Source: a virus (taxonomy: Duplodnaviria > Heunggongvirae > Uroviricota > Caudoviricetes). Taken from it: DNA of 64,000 nucleotides. Made by a program: the position numbers and the translations under genes. The notes beneath the pieces were generated by a model that was not told where the DNA came from, did not search any database, and saw only the letters and a program-made list of their open reading frames with translations. Below, one piece after another: positions 19,492-28,839 of this stretch (positions are counted from its first letter, which is position 1; each line of letters opens with the position of its first letter). The stretch lies in IMG/VR virus record IMGVR_UViG_3300020156_000001, positions 42,321 to 106,320 of that record. The stretch is one strand, 5' to 3'.

Positions 19492-19887
19492 TTAGCCCCA
19501 AGTCAACTTGAATAGGACCCGCGCATCCCTATCTGGAATTCGCAAGTAGTTCAAGTAGATGTGTTCCTTAGCGGTGGAATGGAACCTGTTGCGCTTGTAT
19601 GTGACTTCCATCATTTCATATTCAATTTTGAGGTCTTCAAGCCAAGCTACCACTTCCGCTTTTAGTACGAAATGGTATGGTTGATCATATCGATCCATAC
19701 CTTCAACTAGAGTAGGACTTAGATGCTCAAACTCAATAATATTCTCATTAGGGAGAATATACTGTTCTTCCGGATACTTTAGCTCCGACGCAATACCGTA
19801 CCAAATACCGGGACCCGAATTTGACACCGTATTGGGTTTTACCTCAAGGCGATTGAGGTCTTTCTCTTTAACTATCAAAGTAGTCAT
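19492..19887 (-). CDS. FKL-motif family protein
   Basis: IPDRDARVLFKLTWG. Confidence 0.7.
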   Translation of the reverse strand: MTTLIVKEKDLNRLEVKPNTVSNSGPGIWYGIASELKYPEEQYILPNENIIEFEHLSPTLVEGMDRYDQPYHFVLKAEVVAWLEDLKIEYEMMEVTYKRNRFHSTAKEHIYLNYLRIPDRDARVLFKLTWG

Positions 19888-20273
19888 CGCGGCACCGTTA
19901 GCTTGAAGCGAAGGAGATCATGCGGATCTTCAAAATAAAGGGAATATCGAGGTTCTCCATTTAGGTCCGAGATATCATCATCGTCGATAACCTCATACAC
20001 GCCAACACGCGCGGTATGTTCCTCACTTAGGAGATGAGCAATCCACCGGTTGCTTTCAAAGTGGTCTTCCGGTGCGAGTGTTTCCCAAAGATCCTTTGGT
20101 AGATCATCATGTTCGTAAAACACCCTACATTTGATTTTTGTGGGCACACGATAAAAATGTTCAAGCTCCGCTCGATAATCCTTCAAGCTGAGAGTCATCC
20201 GACTAATATATTCGATATTGTCGAATTTTACCTTAAAGTCATCGTAACTGATACTAACCATAGAATTGCTCAT
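19884..20273 (-). CDS. FKL-motif family protein
   Basis: FEDPHDLLRFKLTV. Confidence 0.7.
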   Translation of the reverse strand: MSNSMVSISYDDFKVKFDNIEYISRMTLSLKDYRAELEHFYRVPTKIKCRVFYEHDDLPKDLWETLAPEDHFESNRWIAHLLSEEHTARVGVYEVIDDDDISDLNGEPRYSLYFEDPHDLLRFKLTVPR

Positions 20274-21048
20274 TCAACAGTTTATCACTCCAGGAGCGGC
20301 CTGGATCCGAGAGAATCCGAAACTTTTTGTCCGTTGCTAGTTCCACTCTAACCCGCACGATATCACGAACTTCAGTGGAATCCGCTGCAAGCATAACATG
20401 TCTGTGAGCTTCCTCAAGCACTTCAACTTCAATGCCCAAGCTATCAGGTACGATTGCACCCTTCCAATAACGGGGGCGAAACGCGCAAATAGGTGTGATT
20501 GCCAATAGTGGAGCTTCAAGCGGTAGAATGGGTCCGCCGGCGCTGCGATTGTACGCGGTTGATCCAACTGGCGTAGACACGATCAAGCCGTCACCAATAA
20601 GCTCTTCCAGCTTGACTTCGCTGTTTACGCTAATACGGAGCTTTGCAGCTTGGCTGCTTTGTCGCATCAACGAGATGTCGTTGATAGCAAGCAATTGGCT
20701 GCTTTCGCCGCTATCGGTCCAATACTCAACACGGATTGGGTTGATCTCTGTGACCACTGCATTTTGGATTTTGCTATTGATGTCCGCGCTGAGGCTGCGG
20801 GTTTCATTCATGAGAAAACCAACTGAACCACAGTTGACACCATAGAATGGAATGTTGCGGCCCATATGCGCGTGAATCGCCTGTAGCATAGTTCCATCAC
20901 CGCCAAGAACCACGATAACATCAGCATCATCGAAATTGTCTTCGGTTACCGTGTTGAAGCTGTCCTTGACAAATTTGGATGCAATTTGTGCTTTTTCCGC
21001 TGGGCTTGCAACGATGCCAACAGTGGGATTCATGTTACGCCAAAGCAT
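20254..21048 (-). CDS. nadK: NAD kinase
   Basis: VLGGDGTML, GSVGFL, AIND, DGLIVSTPVGSTAYNRSAGGP motifs. Confidence 0.95.
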   Translation of the reverse strand: MLWRNMNPTVGIVASPAEKAQIASKFVKDSFNTVTEDNFDDADVIVVLGGDGTMLQAIHAHMGRNIPFYGVNCGSVGFLMNETRSLSADINSKIQNAVVTEINPIRVEYWTDSGESSQLLAINDISLMRQSSQAAKLRISVNSEVKLEELIGDGLIVSTPVGSTAYNRSAGGPILPLEAPLLAITPICAFRPRYWKGAIVPDSLGIEVEVLEEAHRHVMLAADSTEVRDIVRVRVELATDKKFRILSDPGRSWSDKLLNEQFYG

Positions 21049-21099
21049 ATTGGACTCCTATTTGGAATCCAAATTAGCATGTTATGGAGATTGTGCAAC

Positions 21100-22074
21100 C
21101 TATAATGGGTTGCGAACGGCCAGCGCATAATGGTCGAATCCAGTAGAACCAACCATTGGTGACCAACTTACAAGATTGTCACTATAAAATATAACACCGT
21201 TAGTACCTGAATAGTAGCGATTAAGAACCGTACTATATGCGAGGCTTCGTGTACCATTACCCTGCAGCACGTTTGCAGCAGAGTTCCAGTTAATTCCATC
21301 AGTTGTCCACCAAAACGCATCGCCGCCAGAACCGGCCAAAAGGGTATTGTTTTCCGCTACATAGATAAGCTTATCAAAGCCAATACGAGGAACCGCAGTT
21401 ACTTCAGCCCAAGTTACTTCATCAGTGCTGCGATATAGATTTCCATATAGGTTTGCAATCCACCATGCACCAAACGCATAAGTGATTTCCATATTATAGC
21501 CACCAGTTGCAGGAATATCAAACCAAGTTGAACCGTTATCTGTGCTCTTTTGCATGTTTGGCCCCCAAGTCGTAGCAATGAGGTGACCATTGTTTGGATT
21601 GCGTCCCATACCATAGCTGTTTGAGCTAAGCTTGGAACCCCCCGCTGTTGCCCAAGTGTAACCACCATCATCCGAATAGTGGAGACCGTTATTGCCGTAG
21701 TTGCCCATACAAACGCGATTAATTCCCGGAATAAAGCATTTAGAGAAACCATCAGCAAAGCTAGGCGGATGTGAAGCTACGAATGGAACACTATTTGGAG
21801 TTGCAGCGGGATAAACATGGATAAAGCCAGGACCAGATACAATAAACGTGTCATGAGCAGGATCGTGAATCGCACTATATGCGCCATTGGAAAGTCGAGC
21901 TGATTCTGTTTGGGTAGTCATTGTTAGACCATCCATAGAGAACTCAGTACCATAGCTGAGTGCACCGCCCGCAGTGATAATCGTTACATCACCTCCAACC
22001 GGTGGCAGTTCGATTTCCTTAACAGCTTGTTGTGCAACCAGTCCTCGGGAAAAATTGCTGATACCAAATCTCAT
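21100..22074 (-). CDS. Beta-propeller (BNR/Asp-box repeat) protein, probable late/virion protein
   Basis: SDDGGYTW, STDNGSTW, TTDGINW Asp-boxes; TAAATA late promoter upstream. Confidence 0.7.
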   Translation of the reverse strand: MRFGISNFSRGLVAQQAVKEIELPPVGGDVTIITAGGALSYGTEFSMDGLTMTTQTESARLSNGAYSAIHDPAHDTFIVSGPGFIHVYPAATPNSVPFVASHPPSFADGFSKCFIPGINRVCMGNYGNNGLHYSDDGGYTWATAGGSKLSSNSYGMGRNPNNGHLIATTWGPNMQKSTDNGSTWFDIPATGGYNMEITYAFGAWWIANLYGNLYRSTDEVTWAEVTAVPRIGFDKLIYVAENNTLLAGSGGDAFWWTTDGINWNSAANVLQGNGTRSLAYSTVLNRYYSGTNGVIFYSDNLVSWSPMVGSTGFDHYALAVRNPL

Positions 22075-22162
22075 AGCGGCTCTCCTGCGTGTCCGCTATT
22101 TATCATAGTCATGGAAATGGCGCCAGCCGAAGCCAGCGCCATCGCGTTCTGCCTAACGCTGA

Positions 22163-22777
22163 TTACTTGTTTTCAAGTTCCGAACGGCTCTTGATAACAC
22201 GATCGCAAAGACCATAATCGAGAGCTTCGCCGGCGCTCATGAAGTAGTCGCGTTCCATGTCCGAACGCAGATCTTCAAAGGTCTTACCCTTCGAGTTGTG
22301 ATCCACGTAGATCTGGGTAAGTTCGCGCTTCATCTTGAGGATTTCACGAGCCTGGATTTCAATATCCGTTGCCTGACCCTGGGCGCCGCCGGAGGGCTGG
22401 TGGATCATGTGGCGTGCGTTCTTCAGCATGTAGCGGTGACCAGGTTCGCCGGCCTGGGCAAGAAGCGAGCCCATCGAGCAAGCTTGACCCATAACAACCG
22501 TGTACACGGGGCACTTGATGAACTGCATGGTGTCGTAAATCGACATACCAGCGGTTACAACACCGCCTGGGCTGTTGATGTACATGAAGATTGGCTTGTC
22601 CTGGTTATCGGCTTCGAGAAACAAAAGCTGGCCGCAAATAAGCGTTGCCATGTGATCCTCGACCTGGCTGGTCAGGAACACGATACGTTCCTTCATCAGG
22701 CGGGAGAACAGATCGTATGAACGCTCGCCGCGATGGGTCTGTTCAACAACCATTGGAACTAGAGAAGTAGGGTGCAT
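22163..22777 (-). CDS. clpP: ATP-dependent Clp protease proteolytic subunit
   Basis: [27 protein letters not shown] (Ser), MIHQP (His), ERD (Asp). Confidence 0.97.
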   Translation of the reverse strand: MHPTSLVPMVVEQTHRGERSYDLFSRLMKERIVFLTSQVEDHMATLICGQLLFLEADNQDKPIFMYINSPGGVVTAGMSIYDTMQFIKCPVYTVVMGQACSMGSLLAQAGEPGHRYMLKNARHMIHQPSGGAQGQATDIEIQAREILKMKRELTQIYVDHNSKGKTFEDLRSDMERDYFMSAGEALDYGLCDRVIKSRSELENK

Positions 22778-22918
22778 TTATTTCCTCGTTGTTTTGCGCC
22801 TTTGCCAGACCAAAATAGTAGGACTCGCATAGTGTGTCAATTGTTAAAATCAGGAATTTTACATAGAAAAAGCGCCAGTGTTGGCGCTTTAATGGATTCT
22901 AATGGAAGCTAATGAACG

Positions 22919-23089
22919 CTAATGAAGCGTAAGACCCGCAGTAATATCGTCGGACTTCCTGTTGGCCACAAACACATCAGTGTCCTTGAACTTGATCTCG
23001 CCACGAGCTTCTGCTCGCTGTTCATCGGAGAACTTGAGAAGATCGAAGATTTCGTTTTCGATGGTCTTGTCGTTGCGGATACGTGCCAT
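22919..23089 (-). CDS. Small hypothetical protein (MARIRNDK..., 56 aa)
   Basis: AGGAGATC RBS and early promoter upstream; below ORF-track length cutoff. Confidence 0.6.
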   Translation of the reverse strand: MARIRNDKTIENEIFDLLKFSDEQRAEARGEIKFKDTDVFVANRKSDDITAGLTLH

Positions 23090-23151
23090 TGTTGATCTCC
23101 TGTTGCTTTGTTATTCCCAACTTAGCATATTCAGGAAGGACGTCAACCTGT

Positions 23152-23475
23152 TTACGCGGCGATCAACATGGACTCATATGGATCAGTCACGATCAGTCGT
23201 TGACCTGTGCCCTCAACTACCCACTTACCAAACCGATTCACAACCGAAATTGGCGTACTAACGGTAAAGCCGTTGATGAGAAGCTGCTCACAAACTCTAT
23301 CCGCGTGTACGGCAGTCCTACGAGGACCAGCGCGAACCAAAAGAATTTCAGCGGAATTGTCATCCTTGTGATGGAGCAAAGCTCGTGTATCACGTTCGAT
23401 TGAATCGTAAAATCCAATTGTTTTGCCGCCAACTGCGGTTTCTACGATGTTTGTTATAAGATCTTGTCTATTCAT
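23152..23475 (-). CDS. Hypothetical protein
   Basis: ORF in operon. Confidence 0.55.
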   Translation of the reverse strand: MNRQDLITNIVETAVGGKTIGFYDSIERDTRALLHHKDDNSAEILLVRAGPRRTAVHADRVCEQLLINGFTVSTPISVVNRFGKWVVEGTGQRLIVTDPYESMLIAA

Positions 23476-23498
23476 TACGGTATGCCTTTGCTTGTCCG

Positions 23499-23729
23499 TT
23501 AAGCCTCTAACGGGCTATCTTCGGACTCTTCCATTGGAAAGAAAACCGGCCGTCTTTTGAAGACCGGATAAACAATCCAACCTCCTAGGTACAACAGGAA
23601 GTGGAACACTAGAAGGATGAAATACGCAAAAAACGTGGCCGCCAGCATATATGCGCAATAGATACGGGTGCTGAAGTAGCCTAAACTAGCAACACCTAAA
23701 ATTGCGAATGTTATGCCAATGGTTATCAT
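23499..23729 (-). CDS. Small membrane protein
   Basis: Hydrophobic 76 aa ORF with promoter upstream. Confidence 0.55.
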   Translation of the reverse strand: MITIGITFAILGVASLGYFSTRIYCAYMLAATFFAYFILLVFHFLLYLGGWIVYPVFKRRPVFFPMEESEDSPLEA

Positions 23730-23789
23730 GTACTTTGCCTTTCGGGGCCAATATATGAGTTACCAACCAAAAGTCAAACGCTAAAGGAA

Positions 23790-23950
23790 ACAAAAGCGAC
23801 CGTTTTACCGGCCGCTTTCGGTTCACAGTGTATTGCAGTGGATTATTTCCCCCTGCGGTGTCGGCAATGGGCAGTGCTCCAACACCTTGGTTTCCGTCTC
23901 CCCTTGTCGTGTGGATTTGGGTTACACACGAACTGCGCTGCTCACCACAC
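23790..23950 (-). ncRNA. Candidate small structured RNA (~150 nt)
   Basis: Intergenic; stems CGTGTG/CACACG, GGTGTTGG/CCGACACC, GCAGT/ACTGC; ends in terminator AAAGCG..CGCTTTT. Confidence 0.45.
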
Positions 23951-23988
23951 GTATATAACAAAGTTTGTTGCGTAGAGCTAACAAAATT

Positions 23989-24630
23989 TTACAAGGTTGT
24001 ACTAGGTCTCGTAGGTAGTGTAAATTTAAACTTGCTAATATATGAGCTTACGCCATGCGTAAATCGCTGCCAACGCGTCATATACTTGTGCCCAATATTT
24101 TTTTGTTGAAGTAATACTTGCGCCATGTTGGAATAAATGATTCCGTCTCTAACACTACTATCAACGGCAGCGTTTGCCTTTTCCTTTTCCAAGCGAAGAG
24201 TTTCCAAGTCTTCTATGTCTTTGCGCAAAAGGCGTTCAAGATCAGCTATTTGCGTCTTCCGCGATTGGATCTTTTGGTCCTTTTTTGCTATCTGTGATTC
24301 AACCGATCCAACAAACCCTAGGTGACGCTTTGGTGTTTTCTCAGCGAGTTCCAGAAGCTCTTCTATTGTGTAGTTGGACTTTAGTTGATTCGCGTGCGTG
24401 GTGACCGGGATGACGTTTCCTGGTTCATATCCGATAGTGTTATCCACGCGATCAAAGCTTAGAATTTTCTCTTCTTGCGTTCCAAATGTTTCGCCCGTGT
24501 AAGCACAGGTTGTTTCCTGCATCAGTAAACGGACGTTTCCCACTGTTAATGTGCAAGAGTACCCGCGTCGACTGGCACTCTTGCGGATGTGCTTGAGCTT
24601 TTGCTCAGCTTGCTCCCGAGTTATTTTCAC
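23989..24630 (-). CDS. srd: T4 Srd-like protein (HNH-like core plus coiled coil)
   Basis: SAxxRG..CAYTGE.F..SFDRVDNxxGYxxGNVIPV..N pattern recalled from T4 Srd family. Confidence 0.6.
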   Translation of the reverse strand: MKITREQAEQKLKHIRKSASRRGYSCTLTVGNVRLLMQETTCAYTGETFGTQEEKILSFDRVDNTIGYEPGNVIPVTTHANQLKSNYTIEELLELAEKTPKRHLGFVGSVESQIAKKDQKIQSRKTQIADLERLLRKDIEDLETLRLEKEKANAAVDSSVRDGIIYSNMAQVLLQQKNIGHKYMTRWQRFTHGVSSYISKFKFTLPTRPSTTL

Positions 24631-24633
24631 AGC

Positions 24634-25029
24634 TTAGACTTCCTTAGGAGCGTCCAGGCTTTTCTGAATGTGGAAGATGTAGAGGTAAACGCCAGCGTAG
24701 ATTGCTGCGAACAACGGCATATTACCAAGCAAGTACAAGCTGATTGAGGTAACAACCATCAAAATGCCCCAATTGTTCTTGGGCATTGCAGCCTTAAGCT
24801 TGGGCAAATCGTTCTTCTTTTTGAGGTACCAAAGTGCCCAAACCACAAGCAGCTGAATTGCTGCGGAAAACCAAGCCACCGCATAAGCGGCTACTGTGAG
24901 GAATGAACTATGGATGGTAACCATCTCATAGTTGGCCAGGGCTTGCAAACCAATGAGAAGATAAAAAATGCCACCAAGTAGGATTGCCAAAACCGTGGTT
25001 CCGGTGTTGTCTGAAACGGGCTTTTCCAT
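24634..25029 (-). CDS. Membrane protein
   Basis: Four hydrophobic segments. Confidence 0.65.
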   Translation of the reverse strand: MEKPVSDNTGTTVLAILLGGIFYLLIGLQALANYEMVTIHSSFLTVAAYAVAWFSAAIQLLVVWALWYLKKKNDLPKLKAAMPKNNWGILMVVTSISLYLLGNMPLFAAIYAGVYLYIFHIQKSLDAPKEV

Positions 25030-25031
25030 TA

Positions 25032-25376
25032 TTATTTCCGTAATTGTGGGAACGCGCCTAAAGCTTCGTTCCATTGCAACTTTACTAGCGCCTTGTATTT
25101 GTCAGGCGCGCCTTCAAGTCCGCTAAATCCAATCCACTTGTCGATGTTTTCCGCAGATCCAGTTAGGATGTCAGGAAGCGCCCGGCATAATAGGATGTGG
25201 TTCGCGATAATATCATCGGCAGTGCCAATCGTTTCCTTTAGCTTGGCATGTGCTTTTGTACAGGCGAGATCATAGTCCAACAACAAACATGCCGTCCCAA
25301 AAGAGCCAGGATCCAACCCATACAATAGGTAGTACCCTAAAGCTGTGAGAACGCCTTGGTCGAACGTGCCACGCAT
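25032..25376 (-). CDS. Hypothetical protein
   Basis: YLLYGLDPGSF motif; coupled ORF. Confidence 0.6.
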   Translation of the reverse strand: MRGTFDQGVLTALGYYLLYGLDPGSFGTACLLLDYDLACTKAHAKLKETIGTADDIIANHILLCRALPDILTGSAENIDKWIGFSGLEGAPDKYKALVKLQWNEALGAFPQLRK

Positions 25377-25849
25377 TAGAAATTATCGTCAAATTTAGCG
25401 GGTTCAGTTGCGATCTGTTTGGGGTTTTCTACAACCCCAGCATAAAAAGCAGGAGACTCCAAATGTTCGGGCATCTCTGCTTTACCTTCAGCCAGCTTGA
25501 GGACCAACTGGTAATTCCTCCAAGCCTGCTGAACTGATTCATTTTCCGAATGGAGTGTGGGCATGAGATCCATCCAAATTTGGTCTGGATCCAGCACGCT
25601 TACCGGAGTAATACCCTGCAGACGCGGTTGGAAAAGCTTGCCCATACGGTGCAAACGAATACCAATCTCTGCGATTGCTTCGGGATCACCCTTCATACGA
25701 TTCTGCCAAACATAAGCTCGGCTGACATCCTTGATCATGTCTTCAGTGTCCATCTTGGTGCGGGCAATGATAACAACCACATCCTCAATGGCAACTTTGC
25801 CGTCAAGAATGTCCTGCACGCACAAGCTATAGCTGAAGCCAATCTTCAT
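25376..25849 (-). CDS. Conserved phage hypothetical protein
   Basis: MKIGFSYSLCVQDI...GKLFQPRL; AGGAG RBS. Confidence 0.7.
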   Translation of the reverse strand: MKIGFSYSLCVQDILDGKVAIEDVVVIIARTKMDTEDMIKDVSRAYVWQNRMKGDPEAIAEIGIRLHRMGKLFQPRLQGITPVSVLDPDQIWMDLMPTLHSENESVQQAWRNYQLVLKLAEGKAEMPEHLESPAFYAGVVENPKQIATEPAKFDDNF

Positions 25850-25902
25850 CGCATTACTCCTTTAGTACCAGGAGTTTAAATGGATTAGGATTGCCTGTCA
25901 AC

Positions 25903-27036
25903 CTAGATTACAAACGTGCGAAGTGGCTCAAAACCATTAAACGCAACTGCTGAGTAAGTGCTTGTGTAAACGCCAGCGGAATCCAAGTAGAGGAAATCAC
26001 CGATCTCCAGCGTTTCCGGCAACATATACAATTGCTTCTCATATAGAACGTCGGCGGAGTCACAAGTTGGACCCGCAATAATGCAGGGTGAACAAACATC
26101 CGCATCACGTGCTGAGAGAATTGGATAGCGGATAGCTTCTTCCATAGTCTCAGCTAGTCCACCAAACTTACCAATGTCCAAGAAAACCCAACGGTTATAG
26201 TCGTTGTGAGATTTCTTTGAAATCAGTACAACCTCAGTGCGGATAACACCGGCATTACCAACCATACCACGACCAGGCTCGATAATAGTTTCGGGATGGT
26301 TATCGCCAAAATGCTCGGTAAGGGCGGCACGGATAGCAATGCCAAACTCAGCAGTGGATGGAACATCACGTAGATATTTGGTAGGAAAGCCACCACCCAA
26401 GTTGATTAGATCCAACTGGATACCTTCTTCGGCAAGCGCGTCAAACACACCTTTTGCCTCTGCAATAGCAAGGTTCCATCCATTAATGCAGGTCATCTGA
26501 GAACCCACGTGGAACGAAACACCCTTTGCGACTAGACCAAGTTCATGTGCGCGACGAAGAACGTCCACGGCCATAGCTGGTGCGCAACCAAACTTGCGAC
26601 TTAGCGGCCAATCCGCTCCAGTGCCATCGGTGAGGATACGGCAGAATACTTGAGAACCAGGAGCGGCAATGGAAACCTTAACAACTTCCTCAACCGAGTC
26701 CACAGCAAACAATCTCACGCCATACTCATATGCCGCAGCAATGTCTTTTTGCTTTTTGATGGTGTTTCCAAAGCTGATACGGTCAGGCGAGATGCCTGTA
26801 CCCAAAGCCAATTTGATCTCTTGAAAGCTTGCGCAATCAAAGCTGGAGCCATTATCGGCAAGCAACTGTAGAACTTTTGGTTCAGGATTCGCTTTTACCG
26901 CATAAAAAACTTTGGAATCTGGAAGTGATTCCCTGAAACTAGCATAGTTGGCCTCAACTACGTCAAGATCAACTACGAGTACTGGCCCTTCGCCATTATA
27001 AGCGGAAAGGAAATTCAAAATGCGTTGAGTAAGCAT
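25903..27036 (-). CDS. Ornithine decarboxylase (fold-type III PLP-dependent)
   Basis: FYAVKAN (PLP lysine), FHVGSQ, NLGGGF, EPGR, GPTCDSAD. Confidence 0.95.
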   Translation of the reverse strand: MLTQRILNFLSAYNGEGPVLVVDLDVVEANYASFRESLPDSKVFYAVKANPEPKVLQLLADNGSSFDCASFQEIKLALGTGISPDRISFGNTIKKQKDIAAAYEYGVRLFAVDSVEEVVKVSIAAPGSQVFCRILTDGTGADWPLSRKFGCAPAMAVDVLRRAHELGLVAKGVSFHVGSQMTCINGWNLAIAEAKGVFDALAEEGIQLDLINLGGGFPTKYLRDVPSTAEFGIAIRAALTEHFGDNHPETIIEPGRGMVGNAGVIRTEVVLISKKSHNDYNRWVFLDIGKFGGLAETMEEAIRYPILSARDADVCSPCIIAGPTCDSADVLYEKQLYMLPETLEIGDFLYLDSAGVYTSTYSAVAFNGFEPLRTFVI

Positions 27037-27142
27037 GTCCACCCCCAACCAAAAATAGGAAATAGGGCCCACAGGTGACCCTACAATCGTATTATTATTT
27101 ATAGGATGCTAAAAGTCTATTTGTTTAGGCATGGGAAGAGCA

Positions 27143-27165
27143 GAAAAGCTCCCGAAGGAGCTTTC
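27143..27165 (-). terminator. Intrinsic terminator
   Basis: AAAGCTCC-TTCG-GGAGCTTTT. Confidence 0.8.
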
Positions 27166-27169
27166 CAAT

Positions 27170-27266
27170 AGGTATCCCGTGAAGCATCAAGTGACCAAAC
27201 TATCTAGCCACGGGTCCTGCCATTTGCTTGCCCGTGGTCAACTCGGAACTGCGCCTGGCTTCGTAA
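27170..27266 (-). ncRNA. Candidate small RNA co-transcribed after tRNA-Gly, possibly Y-RNA-like
   Basis: GTTCCGAG...CACTTGAT ends resemble Ro-binding helix; internal CCACGGG/CCCGTGG stem. Confidence 0.4.
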
Positions 27267-27268
27267 CT

Positions 27269-27343
27269 TGGAGCGGGTAGCGGGAATCGAACCCGCGACT
27301 TCAGCTTGGAAGGCTATTGTGTTACCACTAGCACCACACCCGC
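27269..27343 (-). tRNA. tRNA-Gly(TCC)
   Basis: Cloverleaf, anticodon loop CTTCCAA, GTTCGATTC, encoded CCA. Confidence 0.9.
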
Positions 27344-27351
27344 ATTTTCTT

Positions 27352-27359
27352 TATTTATA
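27352..27359 (-). promoter_or_regulatory. T4-type late promoter TATAAATA (also 27096, 33075, 48664, 52607, 61241; variants 22097, 32414, 38238, 49106)
   Basis: Exact TATAAATA immediately upstream of tRNAs and late-type genes. Confidence 0.75.
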
Positions 27360-27381
27360 CGGGTTCTAACGCCGCTGTCAA

Positions 27382-28326
27382 CTATTTGTTGCGAATCCAT
27401 GCGCTCATGCGCTTGATTGGTTCAAAGTCCTTTCGGATTTGCTTGGTAATACCAGCGATATCAACGTCCTTTTTTACCGTGATCTGTGGCATGTACAAGG
27501 CTTCAAACATGGTGTTGATATCATCAAGATGAGAATCAGCAAAATGCCAAATCGCATCCCGAAGATCATCTTGATCCTGGCCAAGCTCATCAAAGCTAAC
27601 AGCGGTACGGATCTCATACAATGGCATCCAATCGAGATTGCCGATGTTTTTGGCTTCTGCTTTGTGACTTTGGAGCATAACGCCCCATTGCTGGGAGCCA
27701 GGTTCACAATTGGCAATGCAGAAGCGACCAAACAGCAGGTGTTGCCCATAGGGGATGACAAAGTTTTCTCTGTCTTCTTCACCACAAACCATTGACATAA
27801 GCGTGGTAAACGTGAGGATCTGACTAAGGTTGCCCGACAAACCGTGGAGAGGATTTACCTCAATCTCACGTTCCTCAAGTCGTGCAATAGCGTGGAAGTT
27901 CAGCTGTACGCCGGTATTGGTTTCGATTATCGTGACGCAATTCTTAGTAACCTCAGAGGTTACAACTGAAATTTGCATTGCCTCAACAATCTGGCCAGTT
28001 TCTTCATTGCGAAGCTTGCCCGGGCTAAGCGCGGCAACCACCGTGTAGACGGGATCAAAATTGGCGCTTAGCTTGCTAGGAGAAACTACTTCATCCTCAC
28101 GAATAACTTCATGCGCCCAATAAATGTCAGTGGTACGGCGAATCAAGGTGTCAACGATCTTGGGAACACGATCCTTCTTGATCTTGCCACGCTTGATAAT
28201 ATCTTCACCGATAGTCAGTGCAAGCTTTTTGTCGTCGCGAGAATCCAAAAGGGTGGCGATGTGATCGCCATATTGTCGAAAATATCGCGAAGTCCTTTGT
28301 ACGATAGCGCCGTGAACTGCACCCAT
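27382..28326 (-). CDS. Hypothetical protein
   Basis: Long ORF coupled to upstream gene. Confidence 0.7.
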   Translation of the reverse strand: MGAVHGAIVQRTSRYFRQYGDHIATLLDSRDDKKLALTIGEDIIKRGKIKKDRVPKIVDTLIRRTTDIYWAHEVIREDEVVSPSKLSANFDPVYTVVAALSPGKLRNEETGQIVEAMQISVVTSEVTKNCVTIIETNTGVQLNFHAIARLEEREIEVNPLHGLSGNLSQILTFTTLMSMVCGEEDRENFVIPYGQHLLFGRFCIANCEPGSQQWGVMLQSHKAEAKNIGNLDWMPLYEIRTAVSFDELGQDQDDLRDAIWHFADSHLDDINTMFEALYMPQITVKKDVDIAGITKQIRKDFEPIKRMSAWIRNK

Positions 28327-28784
28327 TACATGCACCGATAAACTGTTTTGACACACTCCGGACCAAGACCATTAGCAATAGACTCCGGCACTGTCAACTT
28401 GCGGCGGCACTTGCCACACCGACCTTCGTGCCAAATTTCCAGCTGATCTTCCTGCAGCTCACCCTTTGCTAGGTGGTGCATAACCCAGCGAATTGCAACA
28501 ACAGCGGGAGCAGATTCTGAGATCTTTGCCTTCTTGCTGTGGGCGTAAACGCGCCCAGCAATTGTGCCGATAAAGCTGTATGAGGTTTCGTTGTCGTTGC
28601 CCGTGAGCAGCTTAACCCAACGAAAACCCAAGTCGGGCTTCTCTTCCAACACTTCTTTGTATGAGCGTTCCACCTTGTAAGTAAAACGCTGACCCGTCTT
28701 TTTGGAGACGATCGTAAACGTTGCACGACCTGAGAGGATGAAGTTAAGTGCATCTTCTGCAGTGGTAAACTTTGCTTCGTTCAT
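28326..28784 (-). CDS. Zn-finger protein (DUF6011-like)
   Basis: HEGRCGKCRRKLTVPESIANGLGPEC; RBS and promoter upstream. Confidence 0.8.
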   Translation of the reverse strand: MNEAKFTTAEDALNFILSGRATFTIVSKKTGQRFTYKVERSYKEVLEEKPDLGFRWVKLLTGNDNETSYSFIGTIAGRVYAHSKKAKISESAPAVVAIRWVMHHLAKGELQEDQLEIWHEGRCGKCRRKLTVPESIANGLGPECVKTVYRCM

Positions 28785-28812
28785 CGATCTCTCCTTTGTT
28801 TGTTCCTGAATC

Positions 28813-28839
28813 CTAACATAGGAATAGGAACTGTCAACC
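28813..28839 (-). promoter_or_regulatory. Representative of repeated early promoter GGTTGAC-N~14-TG(T/C)TAG (about 30 copies in window)
   Basis: GGTTGACAgttcctattcctaTGTTAG; near-identical copies at 45508, 15158, 52150, 58510, 60937 etc. Confidence 0.85.

Noticed and set aside
22889-22930. 10-bp periodic CTAATG repeat as a CRISPR-like or iteron array
   Set aside because: Only four degenerate units with no spacers, at a gene end next to a terminator.
23686-23961. 91 aa - strand ORF over the structured interval
   Set aside because: No RBS, and it runs through a terminator and the next gene's promoter; an RNA explanation fits better.
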